From Parcubacteria group bacterium Greene0416_36 (GTDB lineage Bacteria > Patescibacteriota > Patescibacteriia > VMEV01), in the NCBI GenBank assembly GCA_007375725.1, contig VMEV01000007.1, forward strand, positions 22,895 to 86,894: a DNA stretch of 64,000 nucleotides. Direction: 5' to 3'. Below are positions 9,362 through 18,881 of the stretch, in pieces. Position numbers and translations under genes: made by a program. Each line of letters begins with the position of its first letter. Position 1 is the first letter of the stretch. The notes beneath the pieces are model-generated. The model did no database searches and was not told where the DNA came from. It worked only from the letters and a program-made list of their open reading frames with translations.

Positions 9362-9556
9362 CAAGGGGGAAACTAGCTCCCTCCCTTGTCTCCGCCTCAT
9401 GCCAAAGGCAGATGAGCCTCGGGCTCAAAAGGCACATCCGCCTTTGGCGTGAAAAGGGAGGGTTGCGTGCCGAGCCGTAGCCCCGCCTTTTTGCGGGGCG
9501 AAGGCTGGCTTGTCCCGCGTAGCTCATTTTAGAGCGAAGAGGGAGGGAGGATTTGT
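9335..9556. repeat. Composite nested palindromic element (CCCCCTTTGACAAGGGGG family carrying inserted elements)
   Basis: Ends AACAAATCCCCCT / GGAGGATTTGT; sister copies at 24605, 31710 and 44614. Confidence 0.8.
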
Positions 9557-9623
9557 GGCTACGCCTATTTGATTTTTCATAAAAAAAGCAGTATGATGCG
9601 AGATCTTTAAAAATTGTGTTGAT

Positions 9624-10169
9624 ATGGTCAAAAATAAAAAAATAAAGTTAGAGGAGAAAGAAGAGGCTTATTGGTTCGTCATTGCTCTCGTCCTCGTTCT
9701 ACTGGGAATCGGAATAAATAAATTGTTTTTCATCCTGGTTTGCTACGGACTCTTTCTGGGATTATTGGGGCATCGACCCAAATATTTTATTTTTGGATCG
9801 GAATTACAAAGCGCGCCCATTGCCAGCGTGCTAGATTCTACAACCGCGGAGCCTATTCCACTGGCCATCGTGCGGATCTATAACCACGAAACCCAAAGGC
9901 TGGTGCTGACAAAAGTCACCAACTACGCAGGCTGTTTTGACTGCCTGATCCCTCCGGGAACCTATTCTCTGGAAGTGACCAAGGAAGGATATCAATTCCC
10001 CTCTTCGGGAAAAAAAGGATACAAGGGAGAATACATACAAGTAGAAAAAACAACACAATATTACCTCTTCCGCAAAAAGATTTTTTTGGATAAAATTCCA
10101 AAAATACAGGAAAACAATACGCAGGCTGTATTCACCCAAGTGCAAAAAACGAAACTCGAAAGTATTTAA
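9624..10169 (+). CDS. Membrane protein with carboxypeptidase-regulatory-like domain
   Basis: Two TM helices; VLDSTTAEPIPLAIVRIY..TNYAG..PPGTYSLEVTKEGYQFPS. Confidence 0.8.
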   Translation: MVKNKKIKLEEKEEAYWFVIALVLVLLGIGINKLFFILVCYGLFLGLLGHRPKYFIFGSELQSAPIASVLDSTTAEPIPLAIVRIYNHETQRLVLTKVTNYAGCFDCLIPPGTYSLEVTKEGYQFPSSGKKGYKGEYIQVEKTTQYYLFRKKIFLDKIPKIQENNTQAVFTQVQKTKLESI

Positions 10170-10181
10170 TATACCAATCGC

Positions 10182-10421
10182 ATGCTGTCTAAATACGAAT
10201 ACAATCAATCCATACCGGCAAAAATTAACGGAATTACGGAAAAACATGCTAAGATCGAAATGGAAGATGGCCAATCCATTCTTTTGGATTTATCCAAAAT
10301 GCCAGAAAATATCAGAGATCAGGACCCCGTATACATAACCATACACAATCAAACGCAATCAGAAATACAGCAAAAAATCCTAGCCAAAAAAATTCTCAAT
10401 GAACTTTTATCAAAAAAATGA
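10182..10421 (+). CDS. Small hypothetical protein (DUF3006-like)
   Basis: 79 aa, operonic, stop overlaps next start. Confidence 0.7.
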   Translation: MLSKYEYNQSIPAKINGITEKHAKIEMEDGQSILLDLSKMPENIRDQDPVYITIHNQTQSEIQQKILAKKILNELLSKK

Positions 10422-12295
10422 ACCCAATAATCATCAAAAGAGCTATTATTGTAACCATCAGCATTATCGCGATCGCGGCGATTTTTTTTATTGTCGACCG
10501 AAGTTTTGCCACTAAAATCTATCCCAATATAACTATTGGAGAAGTAGAAGTGGGCGGATTGTCGCGCGAAGAGGCGCTAGAAAAAATCAAACTGGCCCTC
10601 TCAAAACTCGACGGCCAAGGCATCGAATACCAATATCAAAATTTTTCCTATTTCGTGTCTCCGGTCATTATTTCTCCCTTTGACCCCGATGCAAGCTACC
10701 GAATTATCGATCCTAAATATGAATCCGCGGTCGAAACGGCTTTTCTAAAGGGGAAAAACGGATCCATACTGAGGCGCATCCTATCAATTGTCAGTATCAC
10801 GACTGCTGGAAGAAAAATCCCGCTTGAAGTAACTATCAATCGGGAAGAATTCAAAAATATTCTGACTTCGCAATTCTCTCGTTTTGAAAATCTATCGAAA
10901 AACGCATCATTTATCATTGATAACCAAGATCAAATTCAAATATTGCCAGAAAAATCAGGGCAAGAATTTGCTTATGAGGAAGCCATCGCACAGACCCAGA
11001 GAATGATAGAGGGAGTCCGGCTCGCACCTCTATCTTTGAGTTTGAATGAAAAAAACGCACAGCGCCAAACATCTTGGATAGAAAGCCAGAAAGGCACGAT
11101 CTCACAACTCATATCCGCCGCAAAAAACGGCTTCACATTACAATACGAAAACGAAGAATGGCTTCTGCCAAGCTCAAAAATCAAATCATGGATAGGAATC
11201 CTATCCCCAAAAGCCGGAGAATTCGCCATTGGAATTGACGCCGCAAAAACAATGGCTGAACTGGATAAAATCGCCAAAACCGTCGATGTGACGCCGCAAA
11301 ACGCAAAATTCGTCATGCAGGATAATAAAGTCAATTTATTCACCATGTCTCTTGCCGGAAAAAAAATCAATAAAGAACAAACCGCAATGGCGATAGAAAA
11401 AGCATTAAAAGAAGAACAAAATAAAACGACCTTGATTGTCGAAACTGTGGAGCCAGAAATAGGCACTGAGAATTCCAATTTGATGGGAATCAAAGAAACC
11501 ATCGGGATCGGCCGTTCCAATTTCAAAGGTAGCCCAAAAAATCGGCGGCACAATATTGCTGTAGGCGCGGCGGCCCTGCATGGGACTATTATTCAACCCA
11601 ATGAAGAATTTTCTTTGCTCAAGACCTTGGGAGATATCAATGGCACAACAGGATACAGAGAGGAACTGGTCATCAAAGGCAATAAAACCGTTCCTGAATT
11701 TGGCGGAGGACTCTGCCAAATCGGCACCACGACCTTTCGGGCGGCTCTTGCTTCCGGGCTGCCTATCACGGAAAGGCGCAATCACTCGTACCGAGTCTCT
11801 TACTATGAACCGGCCGGAACCGACGCAACCATCTATGAGAACAGTCCGGACTTCAAATTCACCAATGATACCGGCTCGCACATCCTGATTCAAACCTTTA
11901 TAAAAGGAGACGAAATCGCTTTCGAATTTTGGGGATCTCGAGACGGACGAAATGTCACTCAAACCCATCCGATTGTGTACAATATCAAACCCGCTCCTCC
12001 CGCAAAGCTCATCGAAACTGCAGATCTCAAGCCCGGAGAGAAAAAATGCACCGAGCGACCTCATGCCGGCGCGGACGCGAAATTTACTTATACCGTCGAC
12101 TATCCAAACGGAGAAAAAAAACAAACGGTTTTCAGGAGCCACTATATTCCCTGGCAGGAAGTGTGTCTGGTTGGCATTGATCCTAATAAACCGGTCGTAG
12201 ATCCTACGACACCCCCCACTCCCGCACCTTCACTATCACCTGAAGAAATCGAAGCAAAAAGGATTGATGAGTTGAGGGTAGGGTTTATACAGTAA
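10418..12295 (+). CDS. VanW family protein with peptidoglycan-binding and G5-like regions
   Basis: N-terminal TM; NRRHNI, GGGLCQIGTTTFRA, ERRNHSYRVSYY, GTDAT, DFKFTNDT. Confidence 0.92.
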   Translation: MNPIIIKRAIIVTISIIAIAAIFFIVDRSFATKIYPNITIGEVEVGGLSREEALEKIKLALSKLDGQGIEYQYQNFSYFVSPVIISPFDPDASYRIIDPKYESAVETAFLKGKNGSILRRILSIVSITTAGRKIPLEVTINREEFKNILTSQFSRFENLSKNASFIIDNQDQIQILPEKSGQEFAYEEAIAQTQRMIEGVRLAPLSLSLNEKNAQRQTSWIESQKGTISQLISAAKNGFTLQYENEEWLLPSSKIKSWIGILSPKAGEFAIGIDAAKTMAELDKIAKTVDVTPQNAKFVMQDNKVNLFTMSLAGKKINKEQTAMAIEKALKEEQNKTTLIVETVEPEIGTENSNLMGIKETIGIGRSNFKGSPKNRRHNIAVGAAALHGTIIQPNEEFSLLKTLGDINGTTGYREELVIKGNKTVPEFGGGLCQIGTTTFRAALASGLPITERRNHSYRVSYYEPAGTDATIYENSPDFKFTNDTGSHILIQTFIKGDEIAFEFWGSRDGRNVTQTHPIVYNIKPAPPAKLIETADLKPGEKKCTERPHAGADAKFTYTVDYPNGEKKQTVFRSHYIPWQEVCLVGIDPNKPVVDPTTPPTPAPSLSPEEIEAKRIDELRVGFIQ

Positions 12296-12302
12296 ACAAC
12301 CC

Positions 12303-12351
12303 GCAAAAACACTGTAAGGGCGTATTGCAATACACCCTTACAGTTTTTTGC
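12303..12351. repeat. GTAAGGGCG-type REP palindrome / bidirectional terminator
   Basis: GTAAGGGCGTATTGCAATACACCCTTAC between convergent genes; near-identical copies at 45670 and 47037. Confidence 0.85.
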
Positions 12352-12363
12352 TCTAGCTTTTTT

Positions 12364-13344
12364 TTACACAACCAGCCACCCCTCCTTCGTCCTGACCAAT
12401 CGTCCCTCGATACTAAATCCCGAGGCTTTGGCATGACCGCCTCCGCCGAAATATTCGGCGATCCCAGAGACATCCATAGAGGGATCCGTGGTGCGGAAGC
12501 TCACCTTCACCTTGCCCCCATACAATTCGCGAAGTAGCATCACGAAACGAACTCCCGAGAGATTATTGAGAAAATTGATGATTCCGTCAGCGGCTTCCGA
12601 ATCCAGTTCTTTGTCCGAGAAATCTTCTTTTTTGATCACGGTCAAAGCTGAACCCAATCGCGGATTGAATTCCAGCCGCTCCATAACCTTGCCCCAAAAA
12701 CGCAAGGTGGGAATAGTCTTATTCTTCACGAGATTAGTGGTAATACGATTATAATGGGCGCCTTTGAGAAGAAGGGATGCCGAACTTTCCAGTGAGCCAA
12801 AGGTCGTGGCGGGATTGGTAAATCCGCCGGTATCCGTGACAATACCCGTAAGAAGACAAGTAGACATTTCCTTGGTCACGGGAATCGATAAGTCTTGAAA
12901 AAATTGATACAAAACCTGGGTGGTCGAAGACGCGGTGGAATCCACCAGCACCCAATCGCCAAACCGCGTATTGGTCGCGTGATGATCCATATTTACCAAG
13001 GTGGGCATTGGATAGGGCAAAGCCGCCAGATGATCTTCGACTCCCGCGTACTTGAGATCACTGGAGTCACACACAATAATCAAGTCAAATCGTTTCTCCG
13101 AAAACAAAACAGGATCCGCCGTGACCCTGTCGATGCCAGAGAGAAAATCGAATTGATTGCCATAAGGGGTTCTGCAAAAAATTTTATGCCTCTTGCCTTT
13201 GGATTCGAGGAAATGAGATAAAGCTAGTACCGACCCTAGAGCGTCTCCATCGGGCTTCTGGTGAGTCACCAGCAAAATATGAACGGCATTTTCAATAGCC
13301 GCGAGAATTTTGCGTTCCAGAAATAGTACATCCGAAGTGCTCAT
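12364..13344 (-). CDS. nrnA: Bifunctional oligoribonuclease/PAP phosphatase NrnA (DHH/DHHA1)
   Basis: HQKPDGDALGS, DHH, DTGGF, GGGHAKASG; follows rbfA. Confidence 0.92.
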   Translation of the reverse strand: MSTSDVLFLERKILAAIENAVHILLVTHQKPDGDALGSVLALSHFLESKGKRHKIFCRTPYGNQFDFLSGIDRVTADPVLFSEKRFDLIIVCDSSDLKYAGVEDHLAALPYPMPTLVNMDHHATNTRFGDWVLVDSTASSTTQVLYQFFQDLSIPVTKEMSTCLLTGIVTDTGGFTNPATTFGSLESSASLLLKGAHYNRITTNLVKNKTIPTLRFWGKVMERLEFNPRLGSALTVIKKEDFSDKELDSEAADGIINFLNNLSGVRFVMLLRELYGGKVKVSFRTTDPSMDVSGIAEYFGGGGHAKASGFSIEGRLVRTKEGWLVV

Positions 13345-13351
13345 AAATGGA

Positions 13352-13684
13352 TTACGATTGAGGCTGCATGACCTCATTGATCAAGGTCTCTATGGGAACC
13401 GCCTCTTCCTCGGTTGAATCCAGCACGAATTTTAAATTAGGCACGAATTTCATTCTCAGTTTCGACCGCAGTTCACGGTGCAACATTTTCGCTTTGCGAT
13501 TGAGAAAGTCCAGAGTGGACATTTTTTTCACATAGGGAAAAACACTGACCAAAACCTTGCAGCGCTTGCAGTCCGGATCCACTGCGACGTCAACTATAGT
13601 CACCAGAACCCCGCGAGGCAATTCCAAATCATGAACCAGTCTGAATGAAAGCTCCTTTTGAATAAACCGCGAAATTTGACTCAT
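13352..13684 (-). CDS. rbfA: Ribosome-binding factor A
   Basis: IQKELS..LVTIVDVAVDPD..LRMKFVPNLKFVLD; follows infB. Confidence 0.9.
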   Translation of the reverse strand: MSQISRFIQKELSFRLVHDLELPRGVLVTIVDVAVDPDCKRCKVLVSVFPYVKKMSTLDFLNRKAKMLHRELRSKLRMKFVPNLKFVLDSTEEEAVPIETLINEVMQPQS

Positions 13685-13708
13685 TCGATTTTTAATATGA
13701 TTGATGAT

Positions 13709-15730
13709 TTATACTCGGATCTCATCCAATTTTCGTTTGATCTTTTCCTCCACATAAGCAACCACCTTATCGCCGGGTTTGACCGAGAGGCCCTCGGCGG
13801 AGAGAGCCAAACCGCATTCCTGACCCGAGCGAGCGGTTGTGATCTCGCGCTTGCCGGATTTCACATTGGTGATCTTGCCGGACCCGATAGCTTGGATGCC
13901 TCGCTCGATGTCAAAGGAATGATCCTTTTCGATGGATCCCTCTTCCACCATGCCGCCCAATACAACCAGTTTCGGCTCCTCTCGAAAGACAGCCAATACG
14001 TTGAGGCGTCCCATCACTTTTTTGCGGATGGCAGGAGGCAGTTTCTCTTCCATTTTGACGCGCAAACCTTCCAATAATTTAAAAATAATGTCGTGGTATT
14101 CCAAAACTACAGATTTATCGCGCGCAAGCGCGACTACCGATTGGGAAAGCGGCATTTTGAAAGAGATCACCACTCCGCCCGTGGCATCGCCGCGGAGAAC
14201 ATCGGCCTCAGTCACTGCTCCTAGGCCTTTGGCAACAATCTTGATCGGCACTTCGGGATGCTGAATTTTTTCAATGGATTCTTCAATCGCCTCCAAAGAC
14301 CCAAGCACATCGGCCCGTAAAATCAAATTGATGCGCTGTTTGTGAAGGGACTCATTCTCATCCTCTTCGCGATTGGATGTCACGATTGAAATCGCGCGGT
14401 CCCGAACCGGACCCGCTTTTTTGACCCTCTCCATATGGTGTGTTGTCTCCACGGACCCCACAACCACATCTCCCACGAGAGGCGCGGCTTTGAAGCCGAT
14501 CACCTTCACCGGCATGGAGGGCGTGGCCGACTCCACATCTTCCCCGTTCCAGTCCTTCATGGCGCGCACCTTGCCGTAGAGAATCCCATCAATAGCCAAA
14601 TAATCATTGACCGAAAGAGTTCCCACCTGCACGAGCACCGTGGCCACCGGCCCCAGATGTTTGTCAATATGAGATTCGATAATGGTTCCGGCCGCTTCCC
14701 GCTTGGCATTGACCCGATTTTCATCCTTATGGAGATCCGACACCAGAAGTGCCATATCCAAGAGATCATCGATGCCGACCCCGGTTTTAGCGGATACGGG
14801 CACGCAAATCGTCTTGCCTCCCCAGTCTTCGGGAACCAAGCCGTTATTGGACAAATCTTTTTTGACAATATCGAGATTGATTCCAGGCTTATCGATTTTA
14901 TTAATCGCAACTATCAATTCCAATCCAGAATCCTTAATGATTTTGATGGATTCGATGGTCTGAGGCTGAACACTGTCGTCGGCCGCCACCACCAGCACGC
15001 CAATATCCGCAATTCTAGCTCCACGAGATCTCATCGCGGTAAAAGCTTCGTGTCCAGGAGTATCGATAAAAGTAATTTTCTTGCGTTTCCTCGCCACTTG
15101 ATAGGCGCCGATATGCTGGGTGATCCCCCCGGACTCTGATTCCGCCACATGGCTCTTGCGGATCGCGTCGAGTAATGAGGTCTTTCCATGGTCCACGTGC
15201 CCCATGATGACGACGACCGGAGGACGCAAAACCAATCCCTTGGTTTTCCCCTGATCTTCTTCCAAAATCTGCTGAATTTTCGCTTTTCCCGAAACCTTCT
15301 CTTCCACCACGATATTGTCTTCCCTTTCGATTTCAATCCCCAAATACTGAGAAATAATCGAGCAGGTATCGAAATCAATTTGTTCATTGAGCGAGGCCAC
15401 GACTCCATTTTTCATGAGTTCACCGATCACCAGTGCCAAAGGAACGCCCAAAAGAGTCGCGAAATCGCGCACCGTCACTATGGCCGGCACTTTGACCTTT
15501 TTTCCGGCGGTTTCCTGTTTTTTCTGCGCCCGGAGTTTCTCGAGAGACTCTCGCTTTTCCCGGTCTTCCAGTTCTTTAAGAAGCCGTCTCCAAGAATACA
15601 AAACTTTCTGCGCCACCACCTGATCCACCTTGATCGCCTTCTGGCCCACATCAAAACCCATTTTGGGCAATTTGTCCTTCAGCTCAGCCAAACCCACATG
15701 CAGTTGGCGCGCCAATTCTGATAAGTTCAT
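13709..15730 (-). CDS. infB: Translation initiation factor IF-2
   Basis: RPPVVVIMGHVDHGKTSLLD, GGITQHIGAY, DTPGHEAF, NKID; likely start MNLSEL at 15730. Confidence 0.97.
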   Translation of the reverse strand: MNLSELARQLHVGLAELKDKLPKMGFDVGQKAIKVDQVVAQKVLYSWRRLLKELEDREKRESLEKLRAQKKQETAGKKVKVPAIVTVRDFATLLGVPLALVIGELMKNGVVASLNEQIDFDTCSIISQYLGIEIEREDNIVVEEKVSGKAKIQQILEEDQGKTKGLVLRPPVVVIMGHVDHGKTSLLDAIRKSHVAESESGGITQHIGAYQVARKRKKITFIDTPGHEAFTAMRSRGARIADIGVLVVAADDSVQPQTIESIKIIKDSGLELIVAINKIDKPGINLDIVKKDLSNNGLVPEDWGGKTICVPVSAKTGVGIDDLLDMALLVSDLHKDENRVNAKREAAGTIIESHIDKHLGPVATVLVQVGTLSVNDYLAIDGILYGKVRAMKDWNGEDVESATPSMPVKVIGFKAAPLVGDVVVGSVETTHHMERVKKAGPVRDRAISIVTSNREEDENESLHKQRINLILRADVLGSLEAIEESIEKIQHPEVPIKIVAKGLGAVTEADVLRGDATGGVVISFKMPLSQSVVALARDKSVVLEYHDIIFKLLEGLRVKMEEKLPPAIRKKVMGRLNVLAVFREEPKLVVLGGMVEEGSIEKDHSFDIERGIQAIGSGKITNVKSGKREITTARSGQECGLALSAEGLSVKPGDKVVAYVEEKIKRKLDEIRV

Positions 15731-15861
15731 GACTTTGGTAAATAATAATAAATATTCCTTCAAATTAGTGGAAATTGGCGGAAAAGTCAATAAAAAACAG
15801 AGACGAGACATCTCTGTTTTTTATTTCCTCACAAGACAAGCCACGAAAGTTGTTCGAGGTG

Positions 15862-15915
15862 GGGCGTGCCCCGCGAAGCTTGCCTTATGAGCGCCAGCGA
15901 TGGCAGCGAAGTGGG
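15862..15915. repeat. Family T palindromic repeat abutting the tRNA-Gly 3' end
   Basis: Near-identical (in tRNA orientation) to 57851-57900. Confidence 0.8.
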
Positions 15916-15916
15916 G

Positions 15917-15987
15917 AGCGGGTAGTGGGAATCGAACCCACCACTCGTCCTTGGCAAGGACGCATTTTACCACTAAACCATACCCGC
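15917..15987 (-). tRNA. tRNA-Gly(GCC)
   Basis: GCGGGTA acceptor stem; CGTCC-TTGCCAA-GGACG anticodon arm; GTTCGATTC T-loop; CCA not encoded. Confidence 0.96.
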
Positions 15988-16044
15988 GTATGGAAAACAA
16001 AAATAATATAGCAGAAGGTTTTGGAGGAAACAAGGGGAAACAAA

Positions 16045-16127
16045 ATAATTAAGAATGAAGAATTAAAAATGAAGAAAGTAACAACAGGTTGCTCATTCTT
16101 AATTATTAATTCTTCATTCTTAATTAT
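16045..16127. repeat. Inverted array of heptamer repeats (AAGAATG/AAGAATT)
   Basis: ATAATTAAGAATGAAGAATTAA..TTAATTCTTCATTCTTAATTAT; same heptamer at ~53610-53636. Confidence 0.65.
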
Positions 16128-16264
16128 TTCTTCGCTTGTCTCTCGGCAAAATAGGCGGCGAATTCCTTTTTGCCCGACTCCACGGCGTAACGCTCTTTCT
16201 GGTACGATAGGGCGTATTTCGCTTTCTCCAGACCCCCCATAAGTTTATTGAATAGATTCATCAT
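16124..16264 (-). CDS. Putative 46-aa small protein
   Basis: MMNLFNKLMGGLEKAKYALSYQKERYAVESGKKEFAAYFAERQAKK; promoter TTGTAA-17-TATAAT at 16353-16325. Confidence 0.55.
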   Translation of the reverse strand: MMNLFNKLMGGLEKAKYALSYQKERYAVESGKKEFAAYFAERQAKK

Positions 16265-16457
16265 ATATTTGGCACAATCATGCCCTTTTAACTTCAGCAC
16301 CCTTTAAAATGCTTAAAGTATTGAATTATATACCTTTTTAAAAAAACTTACAAGGGTCGGGATTTTTAAACAAAAACACCGGCCCAACATAATATCGACC
16401 GATGTTTTTGTTTCCGAGTGCGTATCCCATCCCTAGGTAATCCAAGAGATGCCTGCA

Positions 16458-16510
16458 CCGCGAAGCTCCTTTTTGTCCCGCTTTCTAGCGGGACAAAAAG
16501 AGCGAAGGGG
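16458..16510. repeat. Family T palindromic repeat abutting the tRNA-Leu 3' end
   Basis: CCCCTTCGCTC-hairpin-GAGCTTCGCGG on the minus strand. Confidence 0.7.
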
Positions 16511-16595
16511 TGCTGACGGTCGGAATCGAACCGACACGGCTGTTAAGGCCACGAGATTTTAAGTCTCGCGTGTCTACCAGTTCCACCACGCCAGC
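16511..16595 (-). tRNA. tRNA-Leu(TAA)
   Basis: GCTGGCG acceptor; CGAGA-CTTAAAA-TCTCG anticodon arm; long variable arm; GTTCGATTC. Confidence 0.96.
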
Positions 16596-16690
16596 CTAAA
16601 TAATGTCATAATCGCAAAGCGATTTGACATTATTTGCGTCGAAGCCCCCCAAAGGGCGAGACGTCATGTCAGATCCGCATTCGCAATTAC

Positions 16691-16731
16691 ACGTCTCTAA
16701 ATTATCAATAATATTAGGCATTTGCAACTCA
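16691..16731. repeat. Direct repeat B copy 1 (predicted tRNA-Leu promoter region)
   Basis: ACGTCTCTAAATTATCAATAATATTAGGCATTTGCAACTCA, 40/41 identical to 17560-17600. Confidence 0.92.
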
Positions 16732-16778
16732 AATATTACCTTAATTGATCTAAAGATATAGCCTTATAAATCCCCCTC

Positions 16779-17559
16779 TTCATTTTTTTCGACTCTAAAT
16801 TGGCAGGTTCTTGCAATGTTTTTATACTAGAATTACTAATTAAGGCACGCGAATCAATTCAGCATTCATACTTTCCAGATTTGCCAGACATACGAGCTGA
16901 GTTACATCTGAATAATCACGAATATTTCCATCGAGATGTGGATTTTTATCTCGCCATTCTTTGGCTGTCATACCGAATAATGACATATTCAAAATATCCG
17001 CTTCGCTCGCATAAACAATTGCAGATTGAGCTTTGGATATTTGATCTGGAAGAATATGACTTTTGATGGCATCCCTATGGATACGGTAGTTGATTTTTGT
17101 AGTATTCTTTTCGTATCCCAACCAAGCATCAATTTCTCATTCTCTTCTACTTTCAAACGTTGAAATTCTTTGATGAGATAAAGTTTAAATTCAGCACTAA
17201 TCCAGCTTGTAAATTTAAATGCAATATCTTTATGAGCAAAAGTGCCTCCGTTATAACGACCCGCCTTCGTTTTTAAGCCAATGGATTTAGTGGATTCAAC
17301 CCATCTTTTGGGAGTAAGAGAAAAACTATTACTGCCAGATTCATTTTTAAACCCATCGAATTCGATGGAATTAAAATCTGGATTATTTATTTTTTCCCAA
17401 AGTCCTAAAAATTCTATCGTGCTACGATTTCTCATCCAATTCTGAAGAATGTAATCACTTCTATCTTTATATCTTGCAATATCAGTCAAGGAAATATAGT
17501 CATTTTCGTTTACTTGAAAAAGACGAACTTGAATGTCTTTGGTGATTATTTTTTTTCAT
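16779..17559 (-). pseudogene. KilA-N domain DNA-binding protein, frameshifted
   Basis: DYISLTDIA..NWMRNRSTIEFLGLWEKINNPDF..GTFAHKDIAFKF..KINYRIHRDAIK; frameshifts at the A8 run after the ATG and near 17100, plus an apparent 3' deletion. Confidence 0.85.
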
Positions 17560-17600
17560 ACGTCTCTAAATTATCAATAATATTAGGCATTTACAACTCA
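17560..17600. repeat. Direct repeat B copy 2
   Basis: Immediately upstream of the KilA-N ATG. Confidence 0.92.
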
Positions 17601-17720
17601 CCTCTTGACAGATGACCACAAGCATTCACAAACAGAAATACTCCTCCTATATATTAGGAGTGTCTCACGAAGACAGACATCTATTCATCAGCTTCACTAT
17701 CAGAAATAAAAAAATACCTC

Positions 17721-17768
17721 AACAAAAAAGGTAGGGACGTTGCATGCAACGTCCCTACCTTTTTTGTT
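17721..17768. terminator. GTAG-type REP palindrome acting as terminator
   Basis: AAAAAAGGTAGGGACGTTGCATGCAACGTCCCTACCTTTTTT. Confidence 0.8.
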
Positions 17769-18874
17769 TAAATCCTTGGCACCCACATATTCCCCGGATG
17801 CGACCAGATAAAAAATTCCAATTCTCCGCCAAAGGCGGATCCGCCTTTGGCGGGAGGCTCGGATAACTTTTTAAAATACAATTTCTCTCCACGAGCGTCA
17901 GTTCTTCGAAATAATATAATATCCGATTCCATCCCTATTATTTCACCCTCTCCCAATGAAGAAAGCTCATTATTAGAAAGAGCGATCTTTTGAATTTCCC
18001 ATTGCCCCGAAGACGAAGAAAATTGAGAATAGATAATACCTGTCCCCGTCTCGTCCCAAAAAATATTGCCGATCAAGGGAAGATCATTGGTATTTTCCCA
18101 CAAAAGTTTTTCCTCTCCGGTGGAAAGATCCACCCAGACTAAAGCGACAGTGTGTTCCCCTCGAACCGAAGCGACATATCCATTCATTCCAGGAGCCATA
18201 TAAATTCGAGCGGAAGTGCCGTTTTGAAAAGTGGATTTCCATGTCTGGGCTACTTTTTGGCTCTCCAAATCAAAAATATTTAGAATTCCTTCTAACCCTC
18301 CACCCGCCGAGACATGATCGAAAAATAATTTTTTGCCGTCCGAAGAAAGGGCTAAAACCGATAGGTCTCGAGCGATGGAGTCCGCACTATACAAAACTTC
18401 CTTTTCGCCGGAAACAATGTCTAGCCGAACCAAATCCGAACGATTTTGAGTAGTCTCTCCCTCATCAATAGACACTAATTGAGAATAAAAAACCAAACCC
18501 GATACCGGAGAAGCCACAAAAGAAGGATTAGATAATTCATGGGCTAAAATTGTCTCGCCCAGAGCGCGATTGTAAGCCACCAGTTCGATATTTCGCTCCG
18601 GACTATATCGGGTATAAAATATCGATCCCGTATCAGCGATATAAACACTAGAAAGAGGCGTCTGGGTGATGGAATCTACAAATACGGTCCCACCGGCAGA
18701 ATTAAGACTGGCAAAACGCGCGCCGCCATCGGCCTCGTTCCACGAAACAATCAACCGGTTAGCCCAAAAAGGCCCTTCCCAGGTGTCTTTCTTCCAAAAC
18801 CATACAAGAAAGAGGGCGGCGATGGATCCGACAATGAGCATGATCAAAATATGTAGGTAATGACGCGCTTTCAT
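17768..18874 (-). CDS. Membrane-anchored TolB-like beta-propeller protein
   Basis: Start MKARHY (18874) after mutL; TM; beta-rich repeats such as ALSSDGKKLFF; carries an in-frame palindrome. Confidence 0.75.
   Translation of the reverse strand: MKARHYLHILIMLIVGSIAALFLVWFWKKDTWEGPFWANRLIVSWNEADGGARFASLNSAGGTVFVDSITQTPLSSVYIADTGSIFYTRYSPERNIELVAYNRALGETILAHELSNPSFVASPVSGLVFYSQLVSIDEGETTQNRSDLVRLDIVSGEKEVLYSADSIARDLSVLALSSDGKKLFFDHVSAGGGLEGILNIFDLESQKVAQTWKSTFQNGTSARIYMAPGMNGYVASVRGEHTVALVWVDLSTGEEKLLWENTNDLPLIGNIFWDETGTGIIYSQFSSSSGQWEIQKIALSNNELSSLGEGEIIGMESDIILFRRTDARGEKLYFKKLSEPPAKGGSAFGGELEFFIWSHPGNMWVPRI
17826..17853. repeat. Perfect 28-bp palindrome in-frame in the CDS (encodes PAKGGSAFGG)
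   Basis: CCGCCAAAGGCGGATCCGCCTTTGGCGG; relatives at ~9400-9449, ~22539 and ~57719. Confidence 0.85.
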
Positions 18875-18881
18875 AAGAAAT

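Noticed and set aside
13658-15890. Many overlapping + strand ORFs across infB (likewise across valS, ftsH, pilB, rpsA, murA)
   Set aside because: Antisense or alternate-frame shadows of well-supported genes
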